51,745 nucleotides of DNA from Alphaproteobacteria bacterium. GTDB lineage: Bacteria > Pseudomonadota > Alphaproteobacteria > Paracaedibacterales > CAITNM01. Location: positions 1 through 51,745 of the forward strand of contig CANJXJ010000001.1 in assembly GCA_947478955.1 (NCBI GenBank), read 5' to 3'. The stretch's first letter is position 1, and every line of letters begins with the position of its first letter. The translations under genes were made by a program, and so were the position numbers. The notes under the pieces were generated by a model that was not told the DNA's origin, searched no databases, and was given only the letters and a program-made list of their open reading frames with translations. Shown one piece after another: positions 22,139 to 32,219 of the stretch.

Positions 22139-22816
22139 TTATTCAACCGAAAATTGTAGGCCTGGGCCCATGGTTGAACTTAAAGTCAATTTTTTGATGT
22201 AGGTGCCTTTAACGCCAGCTGGGCGCGCTCTTGTGATTACATCAAGCAATGCCTTAATATTTTCTTCTAGCGCCTTTTCAGCAAAACTAGCTTTGCCAAC
22301 GCGGGAATGCACAACGCCTGCTTTTTCAGTGCGGTATTCAATCTGTCCGCCTTTAATTGCAGACAACGCAGCAGCCACGTCCATGGTAACAGTACCAAGT
22401 TTCGGATTTGGCATTAGCCCACGAGGACCTAATATTTTAGCAACCTTACCTACAACACCCATCATATCTGGGGTGGCAACGCATTTATCAAAAGGAATTT
22501 CTCCTTTTAAAATTTGATCAACAAGTTCTTCCGCACCAACAAGGTCAGCTCCTGCTTTTTTAGCTTCTTCGGCCTTTGGACCGCGAGCAAAAACAGCGAC
22601 CTTATAAACCTTACCTGTACCGTGAGGCAAACTTAAGACGCCGCGAATATTTTGCTCCGCTTTTTTAGCATCTACGTTAAGGTTGATAGCAATCTCAACC
22701 GTTTCATCAAACTTTGCGGTTGCATTGGTCTTTACCAATTTAACGGCATCACTTAGTGAGTACGTTTTGTTAGCATCTACAGTTTTGAGTGCATTTTGAA
22801 TACGCTTACCTGTCAT
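22139..22816 (-). CDS. rplA: 50S ribosomal protein L1
   Basis: [23 protein letters not shown] and SSTMGPG. Confidence 0.99.
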   Translation of the reverse strand: MTGKRIQNALKTVDANKTYSLSDAVKLVKTNATAKFDETVEIAINLNVDAKKAEQNIRGVLSLPHGTGKVYKVAVFARGPKAEEAKKAGADLVGAEELVDQILKGEIPFDKCVATPDMMGVVGKVAKILGPRGLMPNPKLGTVTMDVAAALSAIKGGQIEYRTEKAGVVHSRVGKASFAEKALEENIKALLDVITRARPAGVKGTYIKKLTLSSTMGPGLQFSVE

Positions 22817-22819
22817 AAC

Positions 22820-23251
22820 TTACGCCCCCACAACTTCTAAGCCCATTGAACGAGCAGAACCAATAAGCATTTGGCAAGCCGCATCAAGATCATGAGCGTT
22901 TAAGTCTTTCATTTTTATTTCTGCAATTTCGCGAATCTGATCCATTGTTACTTTTCCAACAATTTCACGACCTGGCGTTTTTGTGCCCTTTTGAAGGCCT
23001 GCAGCTTTTTTCAAAAAGAATGTGTTTGGGGGTGTCTTTGTGACAAACGAAAAGGTACGATCAGCGTACACTGTTATCACAACTGGCAACGGCGTTCCAG
23101 GCTCAACCCCTTGGGTTTGCGCGTTGAAAGCCTTACAAAATTCCATGATATTCAAACCGCGTTGACCCAATGCTGGACCAATTGGCGGAGATGGGTTAGC
23201 TTTTCCAGCGGGCACCTGGAGCTTAATATAGCCCGTAATCTTTTTTGCCAT
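22820..23251 (-). CDS. rplK: 50S ribosomal protein L11
   Basis: [18 protein letters not shown]. Confidence 0.99.
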   Translation of the reverse strand: MAKKITGYIKLQVPAGKANPSPPIGPALGQRGLNIMEFCKAFNAQTQGVEPGTPLPVVITVYADRTFSFVTKTPPNTFFLKKAAGLQKGTKTPGREIVGKVTMDQIREIAEIKMKDLNAHDLDAACQMLIGSARSMGLEVVGA

Positions 23252-23305
23252 AATTCCTCACTAAATTGAGCTGTGGTGCGGCTAGGCAGCCTTCCACAGA
23301 TTTAC

Positions 23306-23842
23306 TTATTGTTTTTCGACCTGACCAAATTCAAGCTCAACAGGTGTTGGCCTTCCAAAAATCATGACCGAAACCTTCAAGCGACCTTTGTCCTGGTCAA
23401 CTTCTTCAACGAAACCGCTGAAAGAAGTAAAGGGCCCGTCGCAAACGCGAACTTGCTCTCCTACTTCGTATACCACATTATGCTTGGGCTTTTCAATAGA
23501 ATCTTGGACTTGCTGCAGAATTCGCTTTACTTCTGATTCGCCAATTGGGCTTGGTTTGCCTTTAGCGCCTAAGAAACTAGATACTCTTGGGATATCACGC
23601 ACTAAATGCCATGTTCTGTCATTAAGTACCATTTTCACAAGTACGTAACCTGGGAAAAAATTTTTCTCAGCATTAACCTTCTTGTTGCCTTTGCGAATTT
23701 CCACAACTTCTTCTGAAGGCACTAAAATTTGCTCAAACATGTCGCTTAAGGAATGCTTTTCAGCTTGCTCACTAATAAGCTGGGAGACTTTTTTTTCAAA
23801 TCCTGAGTATACGTTCACCACGTACCACTTGGCAGTTAACAT
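23306..23842 (-). CDS. nusG: Transcription elongation factor NusG
   Basis: [19 protein letters not shown] and KOW motif DGPF...[10 protein letters not shown]. Confidence 0.98.
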   Translation of the reverse strand: MLTAKWYVVNVYSGFEKKVSQLISEQAEKHSLSDMFEQILVPSEEVVEIRKGNKKVNAEKNFFPGYVLVKMVLNDRTWHLVRDIPRVSSFLGAKGKPSPIGESEVKRILQQVQDSIEKPKHNVVYEVGEQVRVCDGPFTSFSGFVEEVDQDKGRLKVSVMIFGRPTPVELEFGQVEKQ

Positions 23843-23848
23843 AATATT

Positions 23849-24058
23849 TTATCCAATAATTAGATGTAATAAACGATAAATAATTTGGTCTACAACCAGA
23901 AAATACGCCGCTGCTATAATTGCAAATATAAACACAACCACCGTTGTAACCCGTGTTTCCTTGCCTGTCGGCCAGGTCACCTTGCGGACTTCCTGACGAA
24001 CTTGAGCAATAAACTCAGGGATTTTTTTTGTAAGTGGTATCTTGGTTTGATCTGTCAT
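23849..24058 (-). CDS. secE: Preprotein translocase subunit SecE
   Basis: EVRKVTWPT plus one TM segment; synteny. Confidence 0.96.
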   Translation of the reverse strand: MTDQTKIPLTKKIPEFIAQVRQEVRKVTWPTGKETRVTTVVVFIFAIIAAAYFLVVDQIIYRLLHLIIG

Positions 24059-24162
24059 AAAGCGTTTCCTTAAAACACAGCGGCAAAATGCTTTGTCTGT
24101 CTAAACAGACTTATTAGCAATTTGTATAAGATTCGTGGGAAAATGTCCACAGAAAAACAACT

Positions 24163-24239
24163 TGGCAGGAGTGGAGGGTCTCGAACCCCCAGCCTTCGGT
24201 TTTGGAGACCGACGCTCTAGCCAATTGAGCTACACTCCT
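24163..24239 (-). tRNA. tRNA-Trp (CCA)
   Basis: AGGAGTGTAGCTCAATTGG...TCGGT CTCCAAA ACCGA...GTTCGAG...CTCCTGCCA. Confidence 0.97.
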
Positions 24240-24305
24240 AGAAATTACCTTTCAGCAATCATTCTTGTTTTAGATTAAGGATGAATTTTTGTCCAGGAAA
24301 ATATC

Positions 24306-24334
24306 TTGCATTTTCTCAAGGGAGCAGCTATATA
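24306..24334 (+). promoter_or_regulatory. Putative promoter of tRNA-fMet
   Basis: TTGCAT-N17-TATATA just upstream of the tRNA. Confidence 0.5.
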
Positions 24335-24347
24335 TAGTTTACCTTAT

Positions 24348-24424
<77 letters not shown>

Positions 24425-24432
24425 ATTAAGTT

Positions 24433-25002
24433 TCAAGCAGTTTTTCGTGAAACATTTAAGCAAACATCTCCACTGAAATGTACAACGGATTCTTCCGATT
24501 GAATTTCATAAGCGTTTGCCGTAATGGTGTTTTCATGGTGGCAGGCTTTTATACCTTGATCACCCGCAATGTCTTGAGTTTGCGTATTGAGCACCGCATG
24601 TTCAGTTGTGGCTTTAAGCCCGGAATGATGATCAAAATTAACTTTTTCAAAAAAGTGAACTTCTCGATTAGCTTCATAATAAGACGCCTGGTTTGATTTT
24701 AATGATGAAGGACCAGCTGGCTTTTCAAAGGTACCAACCGGATTGTTCAATGTTATTTTATCGCTTGCTTGCACAGCCTCATGGGCGTTCACAAGCAACC
24801 GCGCTTGGGTTGAAGGATTATGAGATACTAATTTTAGCATTTTTGCTTGGGTTTTATTGGTAACCGAAACCGAAGCTTCTTTTACCTGAGTCGTTTCTGA
24901 CACCACATCTTTCGATGAGCCTTCTGTCAGTAAAAATAAGCTTATACCTACTATTGCGACCGGGAAAAAATACCGGAATACGCGATTAGTTTTACGACGC
25001 AT
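24433..25002 (-). CDS. lptC: LPS export protein LptC-like
   Basis: Basic N-terminus, single TM segment, then beta-jellyroll pattern (ITLNNP, LKATTEHAVLN, ITANAYEI, VHFSGDV). Confidence 0.7.
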   Translation of the reverse strand: MRRKTNRVFRYFFPVAIVGISLFLLTEGSSKDVVSETTQVKEASVSVTNKTQAKMLKLVSHNPSTQARLLVNAHEAVQASDKITLNNPVGTFEKPAGPSSLKSNQASYYEANREVHFFEKVNFDHHSGLKATTEHAVLNTQTQDIAGDQGIKACHHENTITANAYEIQSEESVVHFSGDVCLNVSRKTA

Positions 25003-25067
25003 ATACCCTCAAAAAAAATTGGCCCAATTTAATGATAGCGCAGAAAAATTAATAAAGCCCTAAGTAT

Positions 25068-25152
25068 TGGTGCCCCCGGGGAGACTCGAACTCCCACGTC
25101 CTAGGACAACAGATTTTGAGTCTGCCGCGTCTACCAGTTCCACCACAGGGGC
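25068..25152 (-). tRNA. tRNA-Leu (CAA)
   Basis: GCCCCTGTGGTGGAACTGGTAGAC...GCAGA CTCAAAA TCTGT, long variable arm, ending ...GGGGGCACCA. Confidence 0.96.
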
Positions 25153-25264
25153 GCTAGGTGATAATACTCGTTTTTTAAAAATCGTCAAAGAAAATCTGAA
25201 AAAGATTGAACCATTTTTGAATTTAGGCTGGAATTAACGGATAAATCAATTTACGGAACTTGAA

Positions 25265-25852
25265 ATGAAGAAAGTTATTTTTTTAAGCATGCTAATGGTA
25301 TTTTCTTTTTTGGAGGCTAGCACTCTTGTTGCTCACGCTTTATCTGATAACCCTTGGGGGAGAAAGGCTAACCCTCGCACTTTCCCTCCTTTGCTTGAAA
25401 ATGTTGATGCTTCTGATAGAAAACCCGCTTGGTGGGGTTTTCCCATTCTACCAACCAGTTGCCCCCAAAATGTTGCTGGTCTTTTTGATAGAATAGGAAC
25501 AAGGGTAAGTTCTTCAGCCATATTAGACAGGGTGAGTTCTGCATCGACTAATGCCTTAGATAAAACGCACCAAAATAAAAAGCTTGCCCAGGCCCTTTTT
25601 GGGGTAGAGCTTCCAAAGCGTGAGTCAAAGCTCTCAAAGCCTGTGGACATAAAAGTTAGGGCATCCCAACACACCACACCATATAGAATTCAAACAGAAG
25701 AAAGGCGCAACAGAATAGCTGCAGGTAAACACTTAAGAGGTTATCAACATGCTAGCGTTTCATTTCCCTTTAGCAAAAGAACTGGCCGCCCAACCCCACT
25801 GTCTAAAAAATATAATAATCAACCGAGATATAAACCAACAGGGCGTAACTAA
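25265..25852 (+). CDS. Secreted hypothetical protein with a very basic C-terminal half
   Basis: Signal peptide MKKVIFLSMLMVFSFLEA-S. No recognisable domain. K/R-rich tail. Confidence 0.65.
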   Translation: MKKVIFLSMLMVFSFLEASTLVAHALSDNPWGRKANPRTFPPLLENVDASDRKPAWWGFPILPTSCPQNVAGLFDRIGTRVSSSAILDRVSSASTNALDKTHQNKKLAQALFGVELPKRESKLSKPVDIKVRASQHTTPYRIQTEERRNRIAAGKHLRGYQHASVSFPFSKRTGRPTPLSKKYNNQPRYKPTGRN

Positions 25853-25893
25853 CACGCTTTACAATAGCTAGAGCTTTGGGCTAAAACCTTAAC

Positions 25894-26580
25894 ATGCGTG
25901 TACTCCATTATTATCCATTATGTCCATATTCTCGCAAGGTGCGTTTGTGCCTTGCTGAGAAGAAATTAGATTTTTCCCAAGAGACAACAAACTTTTGGGA
26001 AAAAAAACCAGAGCTAACAAATCTTAATCCCTTGGGGCATGTGCCCGTATTGATTGATTTGAATGGTTCTATTTTGACTGACAGCACGGCAATTGTAGAG
26101 TACCTAGAAGAAGCATACCCAGACCGTAAGTTATACCCGGAAGAGCTTTTAGCCCGAGCCGAAACCCGTAGGTTAATGGCTTGGTTTGATACTCGTTTTG
26201 CCCAAGAAGTAAGCTTGGTGATTTTGTGGGAAAAAGTAATTAAACGCCTGGCATCAAAAAGTGCCGGTCAATCATGCCCTGGTCCTGATTCCAATCTTAT
26301 TCGAAACACCAAAATTACAATGGTGAATCATCTAGAGTATTTGGCTTGGCTAATCGATAGGCGCAATTGGATTGCTGGAGATCATTTTTCCATTGCCGAT
26401 ATTACAGCAGCTGCGCACATTTCAGTGGTTGATTATTTTGGTGATATTAACTGGGAAAAATTTGAATCAGTTAAAAGCTGGTTTATGCGGATTAAGTCAC
26501 GACCAAGCTACCGTGGATTTTTCAGTGATAGGGTTCCAGCTATTGCACCAGCACCACATTATACTGAGTTGGATTTTTAA
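25894..26580 (+). CDS. fzlA: GST-family FtsZ-binding protein FzlA
   Basis: PLCPYSRKVRLCLAEK, NPLGHVPVL, KSRPS and the diagnostic C-terminus PAPHYTELDF. Confidence 0.8.
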   Translation: MRVLHYYPLCPYSRKVRLCLAEKKLDFSQETTNFWEKKPELTNLNPLGHVPVLIDLNGSILTDSTAIVEYLEEAYPDRKLYPEELLARAETRRLMAWFDTRFAQEVSLVILWEKVIKRLASKSAGQSCPGPDSNLIRNTKITMVNHLEYLAWLIDRRNWIAGDHFSIADITAAAHISVVDYFGDINWEKFESVKSWFMRIKSRPSYRGFFSDRVPAIAPAPHYTELDF

Positions 26581-26583
26581 CAC

Positions 26584-28659
26584 CTACGTCCCCTCATAAA
26601 AAGAAACACACCAAGGCCTAGTTCCAAAGTAAGTTTTCAAAAAATAAAACCGCAAAGGGTTTTTGTACACAGCCACGCCACCTTCGTATTGAATAATATT
26701 TCTATCGATGACTTTTGGAATGCGAAATCCGTGTTTCTTTAATGTACGCTCATATCCAAAAGTAATCACGGCATCAACCTTGGCGCCTTCATTCATAATG
26801 TCGTGTAAGTATTCTATGCCCTCTTTAGGGGAAGTAATTAAGACCAGGTTAGGGGATTGGAAATGGTGGTATTCCTGTTCCCATTTTTGCTGCTGACTAG
26901 CCCCCCATTCTTGCCCCCAAATATCAATTGTAAAAGCATTGCGTTTAGCATTATCAGAAACATATACTACGCCTTCATGAAGGAAGGCCATGATATCATT
27001 TTGCTGGCTGATATAAGCAAAGGGAAGTTCAAAGCTTCGCCACAAGATAATCCCCAAAGCTATGGGAATCATTCCCAGCCACCGCCATGCTTTTTTCCAT
27101 AAGCATACCCACAACATACCAAAACTGAATATAACTAAGGCATGGGAAGGTACAGCCTTAACTTGTATGGCAGCGCCAGGCAACAACGCTATTTTTTGGG
27201 CAATCAGGCACAATAAATTCAAGCTTTTTTCCCATAACCAAAAAAGAATATCGCTTCCTCCGAACGCTAGGAAAAGCACGCTAAAAAGCCCTAAAGGCAT
27301 GACAAAAAATCCTACCAAGGGAATTGCTAATAAATTTCCCAAAATTGCTTGAGCGGTAAATCGCTGAAAAAATGCCATGCTATAGGGCGTTGTTGCAAGG
27401 GATGCAATAAGGGTGGTCATGAAAATTCCAAAAACTCCCCATAAAACCTTTTTAAGGCCTAAAAAATTGCTAGAATGTTGAAATACTTTTTCTTGTAAAA
27501 CGTGCCAGGCTGATTCGTAAAATGCTAGTAATCCTAGCACTGCTGCAAATGACAGCTGAAAGCTTGCTGACAATAAACTTTGGGGAGAAAACATCAGTAC
27601 TACAATTGCTGCTAAGGCGAGGCTTCGCATCGAAAAAGCCGTGCGATCTAAACATACCGCCAGCATCGCCAGGGTGATCATAATAAATGACCGTTGAACT
27701 GGAATACCAAAATTGGCGAGGCCCATGTAAAACATGCTGGCAATTACTGCCAAACAAGCAGCAACTTTTTTAGGGGAAAATGCCATAGAAAATGCGGGCC
27801 ATAAGCACATTAAACGGCGCAGCAATAAAAATACAAGACCGGCTACCAAGCTTAAATGCAGTCCTGAAATTGCTAGCACATGGGCAAGCCCAGCATCAGC
27901 AAATGACTGGCGTAATTTATGGGAAATATAGCTACGATCGCCCGTCACCAGTGCAGATGCTATCGCGCCGTAAGGTTCTTTTAAATGGGATAATAATTTT
28001 TTAGTAAGGGTATGACGATACTGGGAAAATGGCTTAGCCGCAGCTCGTTGGTGATTTAAGATTTCACCCATGCGTGCTGTGCCACCAATGCCTTGAAGGT
28101 ATGCTGCTCGTCGTGCAAAATATCCGTGTAAACTGCTTGGCATTGGAATAGGATAAATGCTTGCATCAACTTTTAGCTGGTCATGAATTTGCAATTCTTG
28201 AGCTAACTCTCCTGAAATATTTAAACGAAGCTTTGCAGAATAATTTGTATCGTTAATTTTTACCCGGTCTAAAATAATCCTGTAGGTGCCATCATCTTTG
28301 TAAGGGTGATTTTCAATAGACTCTATGCGTCCAGAAATATCTGCATTTTCTTGAGTGGTCTTAAACATCTGCGTGGTATTAAAGTGTACGCGTACCCCTA
28401 TCAGGCAAAAACCAACACTAAACCCTGCAATGATACAGAAACCTAGGCCTGTGCTGGGGTTTTTGTATATCCATAAAGCTGCAATTATCCCCAGAAGAAA
28501 TATAAAAATGTAAACCCAAGCGTTAGGTTCCTGATCCAAATTAAAGTAGGTGCCAATGCCAAAAATTAATCCAACTGGAAACCAGTGAACCCACCTTGAG
28601 TACTCCGCAAAATAAGCGGTTAACAATTTTAATTTTAAATTTTCTATGAGTGCGTACAA
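26584..28659 (-). CDS. comEC: ComEC/Rec2 competence DNA channel
   Basis: GLAHVLAISGLH, VQRSFIM, SFQLSFAAV and GNLLAIP. TTG start. Confidence 0.93.
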   Translation of the reverse strand: MYALIENLKLKLLTAYFAEYSRWVHWFPVGLIFGIGTYFNLDQEPNAWVYIFIFLLGIIAALWIYKNPSTGLGFCIIAGFSVGFCLIGVRVHFNTTQMFKTTQENADISGRIESIENHPYKDDGTYRIILDRVKINDTNYSAKLRLNISGELAQELQIHDQLKVDASIYPIPMPSSLHGYFARRAAYLQGIGGTARMGEILNHQRAAAKPFSQYRHTLTKKLLSHLKEPYGAIASALVTGDRSYISHKLRQSFADAGLAHVLAISGLHLSLVAGLVFLLLRRLMCLWPAFSMAFSPKKVAACLAVIASMFYMGLANFGIPVQRSFIMITLAMLAVCLDRTAFSMRSLALAAIVVLMFSPQSLLSASFQLSFAAVLGLLAFYESAWHVLQEKVFQHSSNFLGLKKVLWGVFGIFMTTLIASLATTPYSMAFFQRFTAQAILGNLLAIPLVGFFVMPLGLFSVLFLAFGGSDILFWLWEKSLNLLCLIAQKIALLPGAAIQVKAVPSHALVIFSFGMLWVCLWKKAWRWLGMIPIALGIILWRSFELPFAYISQQNDIMAFLHEGVVYVSDNAKRNAFTIDIWGQEWGASQQQKWEQEYHHFQSPNLVLITSPKEGIEYLHDIMNEGAKVDAVITFGYERTLKKHGFRIPKVIDRNIIQYEGGVAVYKNPLRFYFLKTYFGTRPWCVSFYEGT

Positions 28660-28671
28660 GTTTACCTACCC

Positions 28672-28910
28672 TAGTTTCCCTCTGGCGTGACCAGAGGGCC
28701 TAGTTCTATAGAATTACTTGATCAATATAGAGTGAAAGTATTAACAAAAATGCAGGATGTTGAAGATACTCACTGTACCTTACGGTCAAGCCGTAGGGAA
28801 ACTAAAGAAGATAAATACTTCTAGCTTTCCTCGAGCTCAACTCTCCAGTTTTCCTCGGGCTTAATCCCAGGACCTCTTTTTAGTTTTCCTCTGGCTTGGC
28901 CAGAGGAGCC
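28672..28910. repeat. REP-like cluster 1: five family-B palindromes
   Basis: Copies at 28672 (+), 28776-28804 (-), 28822 (+, partial), 28846 (+) and 28881 (+). Consensus AGTTTYCCTnnGGCTTGACCnnAGG. Confidence 0.85.
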
Positions 28911-28923
28911 ACCCTACGCCTCC

Positions 28924-29184
28924 TTAAGCAGCTGTTTCTTCAGTTAAAAATGGTTTCATGGAAACTGTTCCATCAGCATTTTCAAGAATCTGCTCAACCT
29001 TCAAGCGTGCGTTTTTAAGCTTTGCATCGCAATGATTTTTTAAGCCAATGCCTCGTTCAAATGTTTTGACCGCTTCGTCCAAAGGGCACTTTCCTTCTTC
29101 TAGGCGACGCACCAACGATTCTAACTCACCCAAAGCTTCTTCGAAACTTAATTTTTCAACTGCTTGCATAAACCTTGTGCGCAT
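28924..29184 (-). CDS. xseB: Exodeoxyribonuclease VII small subunit
   Basis: LSFEEALGELESLVRRLEEG...FERG...L..ARLKV. The start may be the ATG at 29169. Confidence 0.95.
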   Translation of the reverse strand: MRTRFMQAVEKLSFEEALGELESLVRRLEEGKCPLDEAVKTFERGIGLKNHCDAKLKNARLKVEQILENADGTVSMKPFLTEETAA

Positions 29185-29237
29185 TTTTTATCAATGGTTT
29201 TACTTAGCCTAACTTCGTGTCAAAACTCAAGAATAAT

Positions 29238-30023
29238 TTAAATTATTCCGTTTTCACTCAAAAAAGTGGCGTACCCAGAACCAAGCAAGGGTGAAAAGAA
29301 GCTTGGTGAACGACAAACAGCTGCATTAATGGGAGAGCATAAAAGATCCTGAAAAATTTCACGCGCTGGTACAGTTAGTAAAATATGGCGAGTAATAACA
29401 GTTCTTCCGCCATAGCCTACAATGCTGAAGTAATCTTCCATACGGGTATGATCTAGTCCAGCAATTGCAAAATTGTTGGGTGATGCAACTCCATCATGCA
29501 AATGCACTGAGCTTGTAGTATTCAAAAGTCCTGTGCCATCTCCGCGGCATACAAGTGCTGTAACACCTGCGTAATTTCCTCCCATAGCAGGGAAAAAATC
29601 TGAAAACCCATGAGAACGCAACAGTATTTGTGTTCCATTCCATGGATTATCTTGAACGTTAAGGTATAGCTGGCATGTAGTGCCTGCTGCATCAAGTCGT
29701 GCCCTAATAAATTCTGGAAGGATCTCCCGGACATTGTCAGGATTATACCTTGCAACAAGGGGGTGAGAAGCATAAGAAGGAGCGTCATCCCCCAGCACAT
29801 CAGTTGGGTTGTATGGATGACAGTTAACCGCCAAAGGTGTGCTTACCCCAGGATATAAAGTTCCATGGCACCCTACGTTTGTACGGCGGTTGCCCATAAT
29901 GGTGTCAATAAGGGGAAGTTCAGAAAAATATGCCTCATCAGCAGCAGGAACAAGGGCTGCTGAAAAAGCTGAATTTGTGTAAATTGAAGTAATAATTAAA
30001 ATAACTACATTTAAAATTTTCAT
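29238..30023 (-). CDS. Secreted hypothetical protein, lysine-free mature chain
   Basis: Signal peptide ending AFSA. 261-aa ORF with SD-like AGGT upstream. The only Lys is residue 2. Confidence 0.8.
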   Translation of the reverse strand: MKILNVVILIITSIYTNSAFSAALVPAADEAYFSELPLIDTIMGNRRTNVGCHGTLYPGVSTPLAVNCHPYNPTDVLGDDAPSYASHPLVARYNPDNVREILPEFIRARLDAAGTTCQLYLNVQDNPWNGTQILLRSHGFSDFFPAMGGNYAGVTALVCRGDGTGLLNTTSSVHLHDGVASPNNFAIAGLDHTRMEDYFSIVGYGGRTVITRHILLTVPAREIFQDLLCSPINAAVCRSPSFFSPLLGSGYATFLSENGII

Positions 30024-30073
30024 TTATGCTACCTGCAATATTTATATTGTAAGTAAACGATATGAAAAAAAAA

Positions 30074-30088
30074 TTAAAATATAGTTAA
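30074..30088. promoter_or_regulatory. Possible CtrA box
   Basis: TTAA-AATATAG-TTAA about 50 nt upstream of the Lys-free gene. AT-rich context weakens the call. Confidence 0.25.
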
Positions 30089-30228
30089 GGTAAAATACCC
30101 ACAAAGAATAATTTTATTATTTGTGTGGGGCAGAAAGTGTGGTTAGGCAAAATTAATAATAATTTGGGTGTCAAGAAGAGGGACTGTTTTAATTTCTATG
30201 CAGGGCCATCTCCATGAAAAAAATCTTT

Positions 30229-30505
30229 GTCATTCCCCCGGAGGCGGGAATCCTGTTACTATGCTAGGAAGGATGAGTGCCTGAGCCGCTTGATGGTGAG
30301 ATGCTTATGCTCCACAAACCATATGATGTATGGTTTCCCTGGATCCCCGCCTCCGCGGGGATGACACTTATGTTCTTGGATCCTCTGGTTACGCCCGAGG
30401 AAAACTAGGGAGCTGTGCTTCCCGTAGTTTCCCTACGACTTGATCGTAGGGTCCAGTGAATGATGTCTATGTTCTTGGGTCCTGGGATCAAGTCAGAGGA
30501 AAATT
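30229..30505. repeat. REP-like cluster 2: inverted family-A pair plus three family-B copies
   Basis: A: GTCATTCCCCCGGAGGCGGGAATCC (30229-30253) and inverted GGATCCCCGCCTCCGCGGGGATGAC (30341-30365). B: 30378-30408 (-), 30425-30456 (+) and 30477-30505 (-). Confidence 0.88.
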
Positions 30506-30551
30506 CCCGGCATTGAACTGTATTCTTGTCCTCTCTAATCCCGAACGGGGA

Positions 30552-32210
30552 TTAAAACGTTTCATTCTTCACAAAGTGCACATCAGTAACTGGCTTTTTA
30601 CCAAACCGTTGATTGCATTCGTGCCTAACCGCTCGTTGGATGGCTTCTATATAATTTTTTTCTTTGCCCTGATTATGACGCATGGCTTGGCGAATAATAC
30701 CATGCATATCTTCGCTTAGACGTTCTGCCTCTTCACCAGCTTCCACAAGTCCATAAGAGCTCACCACCGGTGTGCCTTCGAGTTGGTAAATATTATCCAC
30801 CGGAATGCTTAAGAATATAATTCCTTGAACAGAAAGTTTATGACGTTCTTTCAAGATGGGGCTTTGCATGTTAACCAGGCATTTGCCATCAATGCCCCAG
30901 CGTCCTGAGTCGACAGTCTCTATTATTTTAGGGGCGCTGCCTGCCAATTCAATAAGTGTACCATTAGCAGGAACTAAAACTTGATCAATGCCATTTGCCA
31001 ATCCCAGCTCAGCCTGGGCATACATATGGCGCGCTTCGCCATGCACTGGAATTAATGCTTTTGGTTTAACCCAGCTATACATGGCCCGTAAGTCTTCTTG
31101 AGCAGGGTGACCCGATACATGTATGTCTTCTTCATGGGAAGTAATCACGCGAATGCCTTGATGGATCAGTCGGTTTTGCATAGAGGCAATAGTACGTTCA
31201 TTTCCAGGAATAACCCTTGAAGAAAATATAGCGGTATCGCCCTTATCAAGAGATATTATGTGGTGGTCACGTTGTGCTACCCGCGCTAACGCCGAACGAG
31301 CTTCTCCCTGAGAACCAGTGCTAATAAACAGCACCTTATCACGGGGCATATCCATAGCCTGTTCAGCGGGTATAAACCCCGGTAATCCTTTTAAGTACCC
31401 AGCGTGCGTAGCGGCGCGAATCATTTTTTCTAATGACCTGCCCACTAATGCTACTTTTCTGCCATTTTTTTGAGCAACAACAGCAATAGATTCCACTCGT
31501 GCCACGTTTGATGAAAAACAGCACACAGCAATACGGCCATCTGGAATTTGGGCAATAAGTTTTTCCATTTCAACGCGTACATCACCTTCGGATCCGGTTG
31601 ATCCTTTGTCAAAGACATTGGTAGAGTCACAAATCAGCGCCAAAACGCCTTCTTTTCCAATTTCCTTTAAGCGATTTTCATTGGTGGCTTCACCTAAAAG
31701 TGGCTGCGGGTCAAGTTTCCAATCCCCTGAATGGAGCACGCATCCAAGATCAGTGCGAATTGCCAGCGCATTTGGTTCAGGAATTGAGTGAGTTAAAGTG
31801 ATATATTCAATATCAAACGAGCCAATTTGCACCCTGCCTGAAAGCGGCACTTCAATAATATTTACCTGTTTTGCCCAGGATTTCTCTTCTAGCTTTTGCC
31901 GCAGTACTTGGGCGGTAAACGGCGTGGCATAAATAGGGCATTTCAAATAAGGCCAAAGATACGGCACTGCCCCAATATGGTCTTCATGGGCATGGGTTAA
32001 GACTAACGCTTTAATATTGTCCGCATGTTCTAATATGGCTGAGGGGTCAGGCATAATAATATCAATGCCTAGGCGATCACCAAAGGTAATACCACAATCG
32101 ACAATGATCCATTCCTTATTGTGACCAAAAAGGTTGAGGTTCATACCGATTTCACCGGCGCCACCAAGGGGCAAAAACCAGAAGTTAGTCTTCTTAGGGG
32201 TACTTAACAC
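30552..32210 (-). CDS. rnj: Ribonuclease J
   Basis: PLGGAGEIGMN, THAHEDHIGA, HSIPE, STGSQGE, HVSGH and PVHGE. Confidence 0.96.
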   Translation of the reverse strand: MLSTPKKTNFWFLPLGGAGEIGMNLNLFGHNKEWIIVDCGITFGDRLGIDIIMPDPSAILEHADNIKALVLTHAHEDHIGAVPYLWPYLKCPIYATPFTAQVLRQKLEEKSWAKQVNIIEVPLSGRVQIGSFDIEYITLTHSIPEPNALAIRTDLGCVLHSGDWKLDPQPLLGEATNENRLKEIGKEGVLALICDSTNVFDKGSTGSEGDVRVEMEKLIAQIPDGRIAVCCFSSNVARVESIAVVAQKNGRKVALVGRSLEKMIRAATHAGYLKGLPGFIPAEQAMDMPRDKVLFISTGSQGEARSALARVAQRDHHIISLDKGDTAIFSSRVIPGNERTIASMQNRLIHQGIRVITSHEEDIHVSGHPAQEDLRAMYSWVKPKALIPVHGEARHMYAQAELGLANGIDQVLVPANGTLIELAGSAPKIIETVDSGRWGIDGKCLVNMQSPILKERHKLSVQGIIFLSIPVDNIYQLEGTPVVSSYGLVEAGEEAERLSEDMHGIIRQAMRHNQGKEKNYIEAIQRAVRHECNQRFGKKPVTDVHFVKNETF

Positions 32211-32219
32211 GAAAATTCC

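Noticed and set aside
12488-23879. Many alternative-frame and antisense ORFs inside rpoBC and the ribosomal protein genes
   Set aside because: Fully nested in conserved genes with no motifs; expected from codon bias.
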